A DNA stretch of 64,000 nucleotides from Chrysomallon squamiferum (GCA_012295275.1 CM022670.1:9300001-9364000); one strand, 5' to 3'. Positions 26,241 through 41,938 are shown, counted from the stretch's first letter. Numbers and translations: made by a program. The notes: generated from the letters alone by a model not told the origin.

Positions 26241-28866
26241 GTAAGTGACTGGCTATCGGGTTGCTTGAAATGTTAGGTGGTTTTTCTGTTCACATTGACA
26301 TCGTTTAGTTTTGAAATCACCGAGCCAACTGAGTTACGATAATAGCTTGTGTATTATTTGGTAGCCTACAATGGAATCTGACGGAAGCTGATTATCAGTT
26401 TATTTAAAACATTTAGTCATTATTTGTGACTGACTAGTAAATACTAGCAGATTTGACCGAACATAGAATACTGATAATGGCTATGGAATAAGGGTAAGAG
26501 AAAAAGATACTTGATAGTTTAGATAAAGGGGCGGTATCCGTTGCAGTAGGATACAGTTAGTAATGCATTTGTATTAACTATTATGTACATCTCTGTTATG
26601 TCCTGTTTGTGACATTGATGATTTGTGATTAACTCAGATAAGGACGGGATACACACACACACACACACATACACACAGTGATGCATTATCACATATAAAA
26701 AAAATAATAAATTGATAAAACTTAGAACAGGATTAGCTAAAATGTTAAACATTCATTAAGAGTGAAATGAAATTGAAATTTTAATGACAATGACACAGTA
26801 AATATCTTATTCAGTTATTTGTGCCATTTATGAAGTCTGACGTTGAATATTTCAGTTTCAGTTTCCTGTTATTTAATTTGTGTATACCTTCTTAATAATT
26901 CTGACCATAAAATGAAATATACACAATACTGTCCTTTTTGTAAATATATATATATATTTTCTAGTATGTTCTGCATCCTGTTTGCTTCTGTAACACCGAT
27001 AATGATGACAGTTTTAACCTCACTGATTAAGCTATTAAAACACACATGTACATATGTATTGCAATAATGGACAGATAATGGGATGGTATCATATTGTTGT
27101 TACAGTTCTGTTTGAAGCAGAATTAGTAATAAACAATGCAGTTTTACTTCACTTTCTAAAATAAACACTGGTTTTCACTGGAATTGTTTTAAAAATATAT
27201 TATCAAAAGGTTTGACATTTTAAATTATTTGATTAATGTTTTAAAAATATATCTGTTTTATTGTGTTTAATAAAGTGAGACAGTCAAGATAACTAAATTT
27301 ATTTAATCTCTTTTTTTTTTGCTTTATGAATTCATTGTGGATCTTGAAGTTTGAATTTGGCAATACTTACAAAATCAACTTATTCTGGTTTTGAAAAACA
27401 AAGAAAAGTATTGATGAGTATATAATATAAAATTTGTTTATAATTATTACTTAATATTTTCATACAATAGCATTTGTGAAATTCTGAATAATCTGTTAAT
27501 TCTTGTATGCTATTTTTTGAATTTATGAATCGAATCTCAATTTAAAAAAAAATTAAAACTGAAATATTAATAAAACTTGATACTGAAATTTGTGATTAAC
27601 ATGCATATGACAATATATTTATAAACTGGTATTTAAAAAAGATTTCAGTTTTAATTAAGTATTATTTAGTATGTAAAAAAAAAAAATTAATTTTTTTTCT
27701 TTGAATATGAATTTAAAAACATAATCTTCATACCGAGTAGTAAAAATATAGATGATGCATCATAACTTTTCCACTTTTATTTTCATATTATCAGTACTAT
27801 CACTTAAACCTGTTTTAGATTTTATTATTATTTTAAATTATTTTAAAAAATTTAAATTAAGTGTGTGTTTATATGTCTGATTTTATATTGTTTAGGAGAA
27901 AAGGTTTATTACTTTTCTATGTTTGAATGTTAGAAAATCAGCTAATACTATATTTGGAATTGGCATTTTACTTTTATGCTAGACATTTTTTTTATATTAA
28001 TAATGATTTGATTGCACAGAATAATTTGTGATCAGTTGACTTGTACTATCAAGATTAAGTATTGTAACACCTTGCTTAATATATATATTTTTGTTTTTTA
28101 CCTTATAATGCTTATGTGTCCTTTTGTTTTATATAAAAGTAGGTATGGAAATTATGAATGCATAACAGAAAACTTCTTGATTGTGGAACAGTGTTGACAT
28201 TTTATACATGATAAGATTTGAATAAGGTTAAACCTGAATTGTGTAAAGAATTTATCTTAGTCTTGGGAATAGCAAAACCCAAGACTATAACACACAGTAT
28301 AAGATCAACAACAGATAATATTGATTACATTTGTTTGGTGTATCGACCTATGTATTGTAATATATTGTTTTTCTAACATACAGCAGTTGTATAGGCTCCA
28401 GTAAAAGTACTTTACCTCAGAAAAGGTTGTTATAGATACATCATTTTTATTTATTTATTTTTGTTTTGTTTTGTTTTGTTTAACTTTTATTTTTTTTTTC
28501 CTATTTCCTTTAAATTTAAATGGATCAGTCTCAAACATGCTTGCAGAAGTATTTGAATTCAGGAAGTTGTACCTTTTGTCATGTTTGAATGCTTATCTAG
28601 TAAGTAACGGTTCAAGTAACAAGCATTCATTTACTGTTGCTTCTTATAGGAAGAGTTAGATTATTTCTGGCTATGTATTATATGGATTAACTGAAAGTTT
28701 ATTTTTTACAAGTATATTTCATTGATGTATCTCAGTATGTTAGATAATAAAATAAGAACCTATGTCACACTGTTAATCTTTAGGATATATATGTATGCAT
28801 TAACTGTTGTATTTAAATTGTTTATATTTCTGCCTGCAAATATTCTCTCTATCTCTCTCTACCTCA

Positions 28867-28979
<113 letters not shown>

Positions 28980-31900
28980 CATGTTTATCTATTCCTACCT
29001 CTGATTCAGTTACAGGTGTAGTGTAATGAACAAAAGCTAATTTAACTTTCTTCCGGTATCAGATATTTGTGAATGTGATACTCCTGAAATAAAATATGCT
29101 ACCATTCATTTTCTAACAACTGGATGTAGCAGGTGCTGTTTAATTATGCATGTTAGGTAGAATTTTGGTAGGTATAATTGAGAATCAGCTTGTTCTTTGA
29201 GAGAGAAACCATTGGTAAATAATATATATACCAATTATTTACTTCTCTGTTTAATTATAATCAACTAGGAAAGCTCCCCAGACTTCTAACATGAAAGAGA
29301 TTCCTTTAGCTTATAATCTACATAAAATTTCATCATCTGACAGGTAGGTGCACTGAATTTCAGCTTTTCATTATAAGAATCAGTGAATATTTGTTTATTG
29401 ACTGTTCAGCATTGTGATATTTTAATGTTAGTCTTCAGTGTATTAGAAGTAAAATATATAGTTTGAAGGATTTTTTTTATGTATAATGATTATATAAGAC
29501 AATAATCTCATTGCCTCTTAAGTGAGGATTAGTGTTGTTCAGCATACCTGAGGACATTGTTTGAACTGAGGTAAACCTTGCTTTTCTTCATTATATGTTG
29601 AACTGAAAAGATACATTCAGATACACAAGTGTTAAATGTGTACTTCCCTCACAGCAAAGTGCATAGGGTCACAATGGTTTACTTCAATTCTTATTAATCT
29701 ACTGACATATTAACCTCAAGACCTACTCAGAGCATGGTTTTGGATCATACGCCCAAGCTGTAGATAATAGAGTATTCATGAATGTCTGTACAGTAGTTGT
29801 ATATATATAAAAAAAAACTAGAGACAATGCTGGCATGCACAATAAGCTTGCCTGGGCAAATATTGTAAACGTACAGAACAAACAGAGTCTTTCTGAAAGC
29901 TAGTGCATGTTCTCACCTTGTTTAAATTGGCTGCACTCAAGAGTTAAGTGAGAAAATGTAGGGTTTCTTCATGCTGAAGTTGTGCTTTGCAGTGCTGATC
30001 AGCATGTTCACTGAACAAATAAAATCTTGCAACCAGTTAACAAATCTTGGTTCCACAACTCAGCAGACTGATCAATCAAATGTTCTTCCAGATTCAGTGT
30101 TTTGGAAAAACTGGAAAGAAGACTGTTTAATATCTTAATATATATTTTGTTCTCTCTCTCTCTCTCTTCCTCCCTCCATCCCCCTCCCTTCCCCTCCTTT
30201 CTTCCCTCTGTCCCCAATTATCCTACTTACTTTTTCACAATATTTTTTCTATCCTTAATTTTTTTTAACAGATTCAATAATATGCTAATATTAATAGCCT
30301 TATTAGAAGGTCACTTCATTTTGTTTTGTGTCACCTGTTGCATTCAGCACTAGGTTACCTCATGCTTATGTGTGTTTATTGTTGACTAATGAGACTCATG
30401 ACTAACTGATCATACTGATAAAAACACTGGCTTTGCCTCAGGGTTATTTTAATTTTCCTGGAAAGATAGGGAAGAGGTTTGTTTATTTTGTTTATGTTTT
30501 TTATCTTCTCAAATTTGAGATTATGATGATCAAAAACTGTATCAAGGTAATTTTTATCTAGGTGATTTTACTGCAGGTTTTCAGATCTGTTTTCAGATAG
30601 TTCTGTTAACTTTTATTAATTTTTGATGACTTTATGAGCTGCATCCTTTATTGATTTTGATAACTATCAGTTTGTCACATTATACAAACCTTAATTTATT
30701 TTTAATATTTTTATTTTTTATTTTCTGGCTGTCATAAGGAAACAACTTTTTCTGGCATAACAATAAATAGGAATGAAAAATAGAATAAATTCTTTAGATT
30801 CTGGTAAACGGAGCTGTAAAGTTAAATTAATACATGTAACACTTGAATTTAATCGAACTGAAAACATAGGTGAAACGGGGAAAAAAATGTAAAGTCATCA
30901 GTTTTCCATGATTTTAAAATAGACTTTGAATATTTATGAAATGGCAGGGAAATGAATTATTTATATAAATTTACTTAGAAGTGATCCTTTGTTTTTAGTT
31001 TTTGGAAGAGTCTTTATTTTTAATGTTATTTCGTTAGTGGATATCTGCATCAACTAAACTCTGGGTTTAACACAAAGGCCGTACTCTCTGATTGTCCTAT
31101 TGATTTGTTCCAACTGGGATAAGAACTCAAGCCAGGTAAAGTTATATCTTTTATAGGATTTATCATCTTTCATGTGGGATTCTGTCTGCTTTACTAAGAT
31201 CTCATCTCATTTGGGATGTCATTCTGTCCATTGGTGTATGAAATCACAGTGTCAGCTTTTGAGCTTTTGTTCTGTGTTTAATGAATATTTTGCAGTCATA
31301 TCACATGTCTGTGTAATTTAGTATTTGTCCACTTTTGTAATTGTAATATAAAAAAAATATAAAAAATTATTTACGAGAGGTATTTTTTAAATGCATGAAT
31401 AATATGAGTGGTTTTTGTATAAAACACTCAGGGGTAAAGTTGAAATAAAATGTGGTATAAGCAGACTAAGTATGTCCTGTATTATTTCAATTTATTGTTT
31501 TATGTCTTTGTTTTAAAATGTTGTAATGAAATGGAAACATATATTTTTTATTCTTCTTTTTTTTTCTCTCTCTGGTTCCCATTTTGTATTTCATCCTTTG
31601 AAGTCTGTTTTAATAAAAACAACGAATCAACAAACTGATAGATAGCAGTGTTTCAAATGGATCAATCAGTGGTATTTACTTTCATCAGTAGTAAGCTAAT
31701 CATAGTCAATATTCTGTATCTATTAGACTGAAATTTGTTTATCTTCTAATTTATTTACTTGTTGACATTTTCACATAAGATACATCAGGTTATCAGTTTG
31801 TAAGTAACAAGGTAAGTCCAAATCATGTCCATGGAGTTACAGTTTTGTCATCCATTTTCCTAAAAATAGCTTTAAGAAAAAAATATATATAGTTTTCAGG

Positions 31901-32321
31901 AGAAAGACTTATCAGTAAGCACATTTTAAAGCATGCAGGTATTTATTTTCTAAAATATTTAAAGTTTTTGTACGTTGTCCAGTTGGAAATTAAATAATAC
32001 AGATGTTAACTGACGTTTGTCATTTAATTTTTAGACATCTTTTAATTTTTTAGTGGCTGTAGCATGTATTTTACTCTTGTAGAATACTGCTTAAGTAATA
32101 AGAAAACTGAATGACATTTATTATACTACTGTAAGTACATGATAATTAATACAAATTATATATATATATATAATATATATATTACTTAGTACTAAATTAT
32201 ACATTCTTTTTGGAATGACCATAAATATATTTATAAAATAATTCTTTTGAGTTTAAATAAGTATATTTATTTGTGAATAAGTACACCTACAAACACTCAT
32301 GCATGTACACATGGACACACG

Positions 32322-32371
<50 letters not shown>

Positions 32372-32608
32372 CCACTCAGACATAATATTAATTAGCTTAA
32401 TTAGTGCAATTGAGGAAGTTCATGGAATATAAATTAACATGTTATAATAAAACATTGTTAAAAACATAACTGAATATTCTGGTTTACTTTTTCTTTTTAT
32501 AATTTGTTTTTTGTTTGTTTTTGTTTGAAAATGTAATTCAGTTAAATGTTATTTATTGTTAAATACTGCTTAATATATCTGTTTTAATATTTAACTTAAA
32601 AGGATAAA

Positions 32609-32945
32609 TGAATGAATGAATATTTAACCAACCAACCCCCAAAAAGAAACAACATATAAAGCATGTTGGATATCAAACTAAAGGCAAATAAACAAAATGC
32701 TAATTACTTTATGTATAAAAATTCAAAAGGTAATTAAAAAACAGTGTAAAGAGCTGTGCAAAAATAAAAGTATCACAGTTTAATAAAATAAAAATTTATC
32801 GAATTATTCTGTAAATCAAAAATTTTAGAACAAATTCTGGATGGAACCAGAATGATTCTATCACATTTATTTGACAAGATGTATCTTTCCTAATCTGCTT
32901 AAAATTACGGCATGCCAACCAAATGTGGCATACTGTCAGAGTCTA
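32609..32945 (-). mobile_element. 3' fragment of an I/Nimb-like LINE
   Basis: The minus-strand frame reads TLTVCHIWLACRNFKQIRKD...F.FHPEFVLKFL (LTVxHIxxxC, the end of an ORF2 zinc knuckle), followed by a short 3' UTR and a (CATT)n tail at ~32609-32622. Confidence 0.65.
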
Positions 32946-33875
32946 CAAAATTTATGAAAAGAAGAGTAGTTCAATATCTTCACTCTCAAGTCAAATGTAT
33001 AATCACGGTTGTATAAGTAGTAAGCAATGAGAAATAATAATAAACAAATGAGCTCTTGCATTAAAAAATCTATAGCATGTTATATAAATGTCCTCTGTAT
33101 ACCTGAACTCACACACTGTGTGTAATGATATGTGTAATGTAACTCTCAGTTGAGTATTATATTTCACGCAAGCTACTTTCATTATCAGAGAATAAAAATG
33201 AAAAATAATAACAAATGAAAAGAAAAAAAAGTTCCTTTTGAATTAAACAGTTTTCCATATTCAAAATCAATAATAGTATCAGGCTATATCGGTATTTGGT
33301 TCTTTAATTCATCTCAGAATTACCACACTTAGTGGGCATTTTTAAATATCTTTTTGGAAGCTAGTTTTCCTGTTCTGGAAACTGCATATGATTTATGTGT
33401 GAATAGCTGCACATACACAGGATTTATTGCTTATAGATTGTGCATAACTTTATTTATTGCCAGGTGACATTGAGATTTAGAGAAAATGTTGAAGAAAGTA
33501 TTGACTGCTTAACTGTGTGTGTAAGTTTGTGTATGTATGTATGAAAGTTTGTAGGCATGTATATATATATATATATTATATATGAATGTTTGTATGTACA
33601 TGTAAATATGTATGTATGAATGTGTGTCTGAATGTATAAATGAATGTTTGTGTGTATGTGTATGTGTGTGTTTTTAGAGGTGTGTGTATGTATATGTTTA
33701 TATTGTTCAATTCTATTGGTTTTGTTACAGAAAATCTAAGGTTGAAATACATTTCGAATTTTAATTTTTTTTCTCTTTTTTTTCTGTGTTCCAGGGGAAG
33801 AGTATGTGACACACCAAAAGTGATAAGAAGTAATCTGCTGTTCACTGCTAATCCAGTCTACACACTACAGCCACA

Positions 33876-34670
33876 ATGCTTCCGTCGCCACTACAAGCAC
33901 TTCGTGATGAACGCAACATCCTGTTGCTGGTTGGAGGCATGGTCCTTGCCTACTATGTCATAATGGACATCATCCTTTGGAGGACAGTCCTGGGAACATC
34001 GCTGGCCCACCAGCAGCCTCGCAAAGATGGGTTGTACTCCCCGTTTTCTCCACTGTCGGTCAAACTGATAATGACTGACCCCACCAGTCACTACATCATC
34101 GCGCCAACAACCGAATATTTTGACAAGATCACCAATTTTAGCACTGTGTTCTATTTTATAACACCAAATATGATTTCATTCACTCATTTATTTGTAGCTT
34201 TTATATCAGGAAAGTTTATAGCTTCTGAAAATCTGCACACGCGCAGACTTGGAGTCATTCTTTATCAGTTTCGAACTTGGCTGGATGGCCTGGATGGGGT
34301 TGTGTTTCGAAGTCGCACCGGCAACAAGATGTACCACTCAATCAGAAAAACTACTGGGTACTACGTCGATACAATGACTGATATAGCAGGAGGCTTTTGC
34401 CTAATGTTTGGTGTCTTGTTCTACCTTTTCAAATACTTTGATGCAAAATATTCACACGAAACGCTGCCTCATTGGACAAAAAATGGTGAAGCGACAAAAC
34501 CAATGTTAGCTAATGGTCACAGCTTGCTGCCAAAGCCTAGCAGGAAGTTGATCTTCTACAAATGCTTTTGTTTTGGCTTCATGTTGGCGCTGTCCAGCGT
34601 TGTTTGGGACTCTGTTGTTGGTGAACTGAAGACTGTTTTTGAAAATCCCTTCAATGATCCGTCTCTCACA
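33876..34670 (+). CDS. Ceramide phosphoethanolamine synthase-like (CDP-alcohol phosphotransferase), coding exon 1
   Basis: Exon acceptor ttccAG| at 33794. Contains ITPNMISFTH...RRLGVILYQFRTWLDGLDGVVFR...GYYVDTMTD, the CDP-AP motif in a Drosophila Cpes-like context. 265 codons, then donor ACA|GTAAGT. Confidence 0.9.
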
Positions 34671-35570
34671 GTAAGTCTTTAACAAATTTTCATTTCTCAT
34701 TTTAATTTTTTTTTTTTAATTTTCTTAATTGTCCCTTAATGAATTTTTTTTTTTTACTGATTATATGCTAATGTTTGTCATCCCAAAGACAAATTACATT
34801 GACTTTTGTTTGTATGTTAATGCTAATTCATAATTACATTCATAATATGCTGTGAATATCTGTAGAAAATAAATGTATTTTTTTTTTTAGAACCAGAATA
34901 ACAACCTGGCTGTTTATTGCATAAACAGTATCTATAGTTATTTTAACAGAAAAATATGACTATAGAAATGTTATTAGAAAAATGTTTATCTGACCAGCTG
35001 TGCATGTTAGGAATAACAATATTAAAAAATGAAACATAAGACCTGATCGAGCAGGTTATTTTAATACTTATAAGTTATATTTAGTTATGACATAATAAAA
35101 TATTAAATATTAATTCAACATATTCCCTTGTCTAAATATTATTAAATGCATTGAAACAAATAAGAAAGGTGTATCTGTATTGTATAATTACAGATTCACT
35201 GGTTCATTTTGTTCAGTAGTGTCGATGTTTTGAGCAATCAATAATATTTACATATAAACTAGTCTATGGCAGTGATGATTAATAATTAAAATATTCATAT
35301 TTTTCTTTATTTTATTATGTTCATTTTATTTAATTGGATTTTAAGCAAATATTTTTTATTAATGTTTTTTTTTTTTTTTTTTTTTTTTCTAAATTATTAT
35401 TAAATGTTTTTGTTTGTATTTGGGTTTGTAACTGAATGTCTGTGTGTGTTATGTACATGTATGAGTGTGTGTGTGTGTGTGTGTACCTGTGTAAGTATGT
35501 GTGCATTTATGCACCATTGAATATGTGTAAAAGTTTGAGAGAGAGAGACAGACAACCAGACAGACAGAGA

Positions 35571-35639
<69 letters not shown>

Positions 35640-36199
35640 TTGAGATTTAGCACAGTCACACCTCCTGGATTATACTTTGGGCACAAAGCCCAGTGCTAGT
35701 CATTCCTTTGAGGCAAAATATCTCTGTGTATTTGTTTCATACAAATCTTGTACAAACCCAAACAGTTTATTCACTTCATATCTGATTTGTTCAGACTTGC
35801 CCCCTTTACCAATGAATAGAGTAGCATTGATTTGTAAAGTTCAGTAGAGCAATAAAAAAAATTAAGTATAGAAGTACTTAAGTATCGATCATGGAAACCT
35901 GTTTCAGATTTGTTTAAATGTATGCACCTTGACTAAGCCCTATGTGTTATACTTCATAACTACACTGATGGTTTTCCTTTATTCCATTATTAAGAATCAG
36001 AGTGTAAGACTGACTGAGGACAGAACAAGTTGAAAGACCTCTTGACCATGGTCAGCCCATGCAATATTTAACACATACTTTCTAATGGGGGTTGTTTATT
36101 TTTATCTTAAGATACTGTTTTTCGGTAATAAAATATTTATTTATTAGCTTGTTTTGCAACAGCTAATGATAGTAAAATATTCAATGGGCTGCAATTAAG

Positions 36200-36450
36200 G
36201 ATTAATATTAGAATATTTAATGACACATCAACATATTTTAGTATTCATTATTCAGCTTAATCTTTCTGTGATGATGGTCTTTACTGCTGCCATTCTGTTT
36301 GATGTTGTTGTCAATTAGCAGCAAGGGATCTTTTGTTAGACTTTTACTACAAACATTGTCACACATGATACTGCAGCTACAGTGGAAATAGCCTAATAGT
36401 GCCTTGTTGAAGTTTGATCCTGCTTCCTGTCATGCCTCAGGCTCACCTCT
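36200..36450. mobile_element. Degenerate SINE-like interspersed repeat (related remnant at ~14650-14760)
   Basis: Core tagcagcaagggatctttt at ~36316 resembles ggcagcaaggaatcattt at ~14691. It also resembles an abundant gastropod SINE as recalled. Not searched. Confidence 0.4.
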
Positions 36451-37519
36451 ACAGGTTATAACTTTTCTGAACTGTGGACTGAACTCTAGATGGGAGTTAA
36501 TTATTGTCTAGTTTTAAAAAATAAAAATAATAAAAATAAAATTAAAATAAATAAATAAAAAAATTATGGACTGACAGTAATTTGTGAAGGTGTAATTTGC
36601 ATTAGCAACTGAAAACATTTGGGATTGTCTCAGATTATATCATTAAAGTGGGTGTGTATGTCTGTGCATGTCTCTGTGTTTGTGTTCATTGATCTAGTAA
36701 TTTCTTTCAGATTTTCTTAAATTGTTTAATGTTAGTTCAAAATATTGTTTTCATAAAGTGTATTTGCAGTTACTCATTGTAAACCTTAAGAGCTTCATGT
36801 AATTTACTTAAGACAAATAAAATATTACTTGTTACTCAGTGACAGAAATTTCTGTAGTTAAATGTGGATCATAATTTTATGCCATAAATTTTAATATAAT
36901 TAAACAGAGGCATAATATTTGCAGCATTTCGTGATACAGGTGTGTGAATAAATTAATTTTAAAAACACATAATAATCCACTTGTCTTACTGGTTTCAGTA
37001 TAAATTGAAAGATTGTTTATAAAGACATGTTATTGTTTTATTCTTTTTTTTTTTTTTTTTTTTTTTTTAAACACAACACACACACGCACACACACACACA
37101 CAACCTGAAAATATTTCTAAATAAAAACATTTGTAGGTCTGTTAATGTAAAATAGAAAAATAAGCATGATGACTTTGAAATCTAAACTAACTGTACAAAA
37201 TGTTCAAAAATACTTCCTTTATCTCATTTAATACACACACACTTTGTTGTTGCTGTTGTTTTCACATTTTATTTATTTATTTATTTATTTATATACTTTC
37301 TTTTTTCATGTGAATCTGTTATTTCTAAAAATAATACAGCTGTAGATTTAGCGTCCAGGTCAAAATGATTTATATTAATGCTTTCTTTCACATTTACTGG
37401 ATACTATTTCAGAATAGATATCACGTTATATTATATATCTACTTACCAGATCCAAAAAGGTAATCTAGAAGATAAAAGCAGTGGAGTTGTTTATATATTA
37501 ATATTACAAAAGTTCAGTT

Positions 37520-37925
37520 GTAAATTCAATCCATGACTGAAGTGGCCTTGTATTCTTTAGTGGTTTTGTGTTTATAAGTATTTGTCATTGTTTTTAAGTG
37601 TACAGTTTATGGGTGGATAAGTATATGAAAGGGTAGACAAATATCTGGTGCATTTTAAAACGTGAAAAGCATTCAGATAATAGTTTTAATACACAGTTAA
37701 TATCAAGATCAAAATGACTCGGATTACTTGCAAAGGTAGAAGATAGAACATCAGATAATATTTCAAATTGAATTTTATAGTTACATGTATCCAAAAAGGG
37801 TATAACCTGGAGCCACAACTGGGATATACTTTTACTTTATTTAGCAAATTTATGTTCAATAAAAATAAAGAATATACCTTGGTACCTTATAACAGTGATG
37901 ATCATTTGATTTATGTATCTGTGTA
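37520..37925 (+). mobile_element. Heavily decayed CR1/L2-type LINE reverse-transcriptase fossil
   Basis: Collinear degenerate motifs across frames: SMTEVAL (~HSTETAL), GAF...KAF.D (~FLDLKKAFD), VTCIQKGYNLEPQL (~VTCGVPQGSILGPLL) and SDDHLIYVS (~YADDTLIYVS). Confidence 0.55.
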
Positions 37926-38170
37926 TGGTTTTGCTTTTGTTTATAGGTATCCAGTGTAAATACATACAGTGTATGAATATGTACATGCATGAACAGACAC
38001 ATATATGATAAACATATTAAACTATTATGCTGCTTTAAAATTAGCGAATCTGTTCAAAATTTTCGAATGTTGTTTAAATTAAACATACAACATTAATTCC
38101 ATTCCTCTGGTCTCTAAAACTTTGTAACTCTTAACAAATTGTTTTAATAAAATTTAATGGTTTAATATTG

Positions 38171-38208
<38 letters not shown>

Positions 38209-38545
38209 GTATGTGAACCATCACACCTGTTACAAATGACACATAAGCTGTTTGGACAATACAGGTTTAAGATGGTCTCACGTTTTATCTAGATTTCACA
38301 TTTGCTGTTATCTGTTGGAAAAGAGACGGGTGAAAGGTAAAATCAATGAAAGTCATCCCAGGGGTGCTTTTTGTTGACAGCACTATTGTTAAAGTTGTTT
38401 GGTTTAATCAGCACATGCTGGATGCTGTGGCTACTGCACTCTCAAACTACAAGATCTTCAATAAAGATATATTAGTTTGTTTGACAGATGTAGAAAGCAT
38501 AGTTTATGTATGTGTGGGGGGATGTTTGTGGGTGTTGTGTGTATT

Positions 38546-38803
38546 TTAGTTAATATTGATAACAGGTATGCATTTTTCTATGTATTATGCTGCATAAAGT
38601 GATGCACTGTTACATTGAATAAAAATATTTAAAATATTTGAATGCTGATGCCATGTGAGTGTGTTTGGTTGGGTGGTGAGTGTGTGTGTGTGTGTTAGTT
38701 AATACTGATAACAAGTATGTGTTTTTCTATGTATTATGCTGCATAGAGTGATACAATGTTAATACCAAATAAAACATATAAAATATATCAATATTGATGT
38801 TAC
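38546..38803. repeat. Two-copy tandem duplication (~150-bp spacing)
   Basis: ttagttaata(t/c)tgataaca(g/a)gtatg...tttttctatgtattatgctgcata(a/g)agtgat occurs at ~38546 and ~38695. Confidence 0.85.
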
Positions 38804-38827
38804 GATGGCAATTTGAGTGTGTTGTGG

Positions 38828-38861
<34 letters not shown>

Positions 38862-39178
38862 AAACGTTCAGTTGCATCTGTAAAATGAAAAGGTGTCCAT
38901 GTTTAATCATTTATTTCATTTTGCTGATAAATTATATATGCTTCTACTTCGTGTTCCTTCGAAAATAATAATTTCGTTAAGATTAAGGGGACTTCATTTT
39001 ATTTTATCATTTTATTCATTTATTTATTTAATTTAAATATTGTTTATCATACATTTAATCACTTTAAAATATTATCCCACATAAATAACTATATAAAAAA
39101 AATGTTTTTGTTTACCTCCACTGTCATGTTTCTTTAACAATGTGTCCTGAAATTATTAAAATATTTTCAACATTTCAG

Positions 39179-39301
39179 GCTATACAGACAGATGCACTTC
39201 ACTCTGGAAGCACGTTTGTTGTGTGCTGGTTGTGGCGATTATTAGAAGGGCAGTCCTTGTTACAAGTGATTCTTATTGTCATCTGGGTGGACAAAATTTG
39301 G
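39179..39301 (+). CDS. CPES-like coding exon 2 (AIQTDALHSGSTFVVCWLWRLLEGQSLLQVILIVIWVDKIW)
   Basis: tttcAG| ... TGG|GTAAGT. 123 nt, phase 0-0, hydrophobic, with W.WR and DK.W motifs. Confidence 0.9.
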
Positions 39302-41394
39302 GTAAGTTTATGATACCTTTACTTACTCATACATTCTTTACTGATAATCACTGTAATGATTTTCTTTATTAATACTTATAGTTCAAATTAAATATGTACC
39401 TTTAATCACAAAATAATTTTATTTTTTCCTCATTTCCTTTCATAATTAATTATTAAAAAAATTTAATTTGTTATTAATATCAGAAATTTTTGTAGCAATA
39501 TACTAATAATTGATAAATATTTTAGTTATGTTGATATATCATCAAACATTTAAAAAAAAAAAAAATGTTTGTTACTTTGAAATGCTTGAACCTACATTAA
39601 TATGCAACGAAAGACAGTGTTAATATTTACACTGGAATATGTGTGCAGTTGACTATCCAAGTTAAAAATGTTGCTTTGTTTACGTACTTATAATTAGAAA
39701 ATATACACTAACGTTGGCCTCCACTGCTTGAAGGAATGCTGTTTAATCAGAAGCCAACTGAGGCTTGTGATCAAATCAGTTTCTGCCTTAGGAAATGGTC
39801 ATGACACATACACATAAACTTTGACTACTCAAATGAGGTCATCCATTGTTACATCTACTTAAAATACAAAAAATAGTGGTGTGCTTTTTCACTTAATGGC
39901 CAAAAGAAAAAAAATAAACAGTTTAGAGTTACATTTACCTACGACATTTCTTTTCAGTGATGGGCAAAACATGAACATTAAAGATGTTTTCATTTCTGTT
40001 ATACAGCTTTCTGTTAAAAAGCAGAGATATTTAGAAATAGATGCTTCATGTTAGTTATTTTGAAGCAGGACTTCCAGTCTTTCCATTTACAGTGTATTAC
40101 ACCTTGGGGCATGACATAATGTAGAGAAAAAAAATTCAAATAATCACACACTCTTGGGGCTATAATTGTTTCATTCAGTGATTATAATGTAACTAGTATT
40201 CCTTAAGTAGTAGAAAGAGCTAAAAGAAAATTATTTGAAATATCTTAACACTTTTGGAAAACATAATAATACTCATGTTAATAAGCTTTCTGTTTTAGAA
40301 ATTTCTTTTATGAACTGTCACTCAGATCAAGAATTATTGTTAAATGTATGAATAAGTTCGACAGACTCTGCATTACAGTATGTTATGTCTGATTAACATT
40401 AATAGATGTAAAAATATGGTTCCCAATAAAATGATTACGTAAGTGAGGAAATTAAGAAAAAAATTGTAATGCACTTTTATATATGACTCCACCAGCAACC
40501 CTCAGATAGAGATCTTTTGTACTTTTGTAAACTGCATGCATGGATTGTTGACTGACGGTCGGAAATGAAGACAGTACAAAATGTAGGCTAAGACACTTCA
40601 ATCTGTACCCAGTGAGGCAGAACTATCTTCTAGAACTGTCTCATCTGTCTTGTATGTGAAAAACATTTGAAAATCTTCTTCTTTTTTTTTAATCTTTTTT
40701 CTTCTTGATTTTGATTGATTTATTTTATTTTATTTTATTTTATTTTATTTTTTTGTTGGGTTTTCTTTTTTTTGATGGTTTATTTTCAGATTTGTTTTCT
40801 AATGGTTAATAGTGATAGTTTTTTTTTTTTTTTTTTTTTTTTAAATTTCTTTTATATTATCTTTTAAATGTTTGCGAGTCTATATTCACACCTTAAGGCC
40901 CCACAGCTCACCTGCTTAGTAAATAAAGATAAATAATGTCAATGACTTCATTCTAAACACTCAGTGCAGTCATGCATGTCAGTTTATACGTGTAGCTACA
41001 ACAAAGGTATTTATGTACTTGGACCATCTGGGGTTTTTCAAACAAATTATTGTAACCCCTCAGGTTTATGTTAATAGTTATAATGCGTTTTTTTTAATAA
41101 AATTAAGGATGTGTGAAATTTAAAAAATAATGTTCCAAAGGATTAATTCTTAAAGAGGGTATTATGCATTTGAATCATAATAATTTTGACTTGATTATAT
41201 ATCTCACGTATGAAAGGCTGTTATCATCAAAGAGAAAATGTCATCTTCGATACACCATAAAACACTTAATATTTTGGTGTGTACATAGTACATAAGTTTT
41301 ATGAGAGGTTGGTTGTTGAGACAAAAAAAAAATCCAGGAGATCTAAACAGCACATATAGGGCAATTGTTTATAATAACAAATGTGTTGAGGTGT

Positions 41395-41425
<31 letters not shown>

Positions 41426-41886
41426 AATATACATACATACATTTAAAAAACCCAACCAAAATAACCCCATCATTAATTCAATCATTGTCAGAAAGAATTT
41501 CGATTTAACATAGAGATACAACAAATAGTGTTGATGGTTGTTATGGGCTTATTTTTATTGTAATAAACTTTTGCGTTGATTTATCATGCAGTCTGTTTCT
41601 TTCCCCCTATTAAAAGTGACAGCAATTTCAATAAAGTGATTATCCGAATGTTTATCATGAAAACTCCTAAATATTTGATGTACATAGAAAATTAATTGTA
41701 TTGATCTGAATTTACTCCATTAATCCGAGGTTTTGTTGTTGCTGTATTTTAGCAATCTGTTAATCAGTTTACAAAATCTATCATTGCTTAATCCTTTTTA
41801 CCTGTCATATTCAGAAACACAGCAGTCATTAGCAGACCACAGATATTCAGTTTACATGTTGATTTGTGTTACTTTCTCTTAATTAC

Positions 41887-41938
<52 letters not shown>

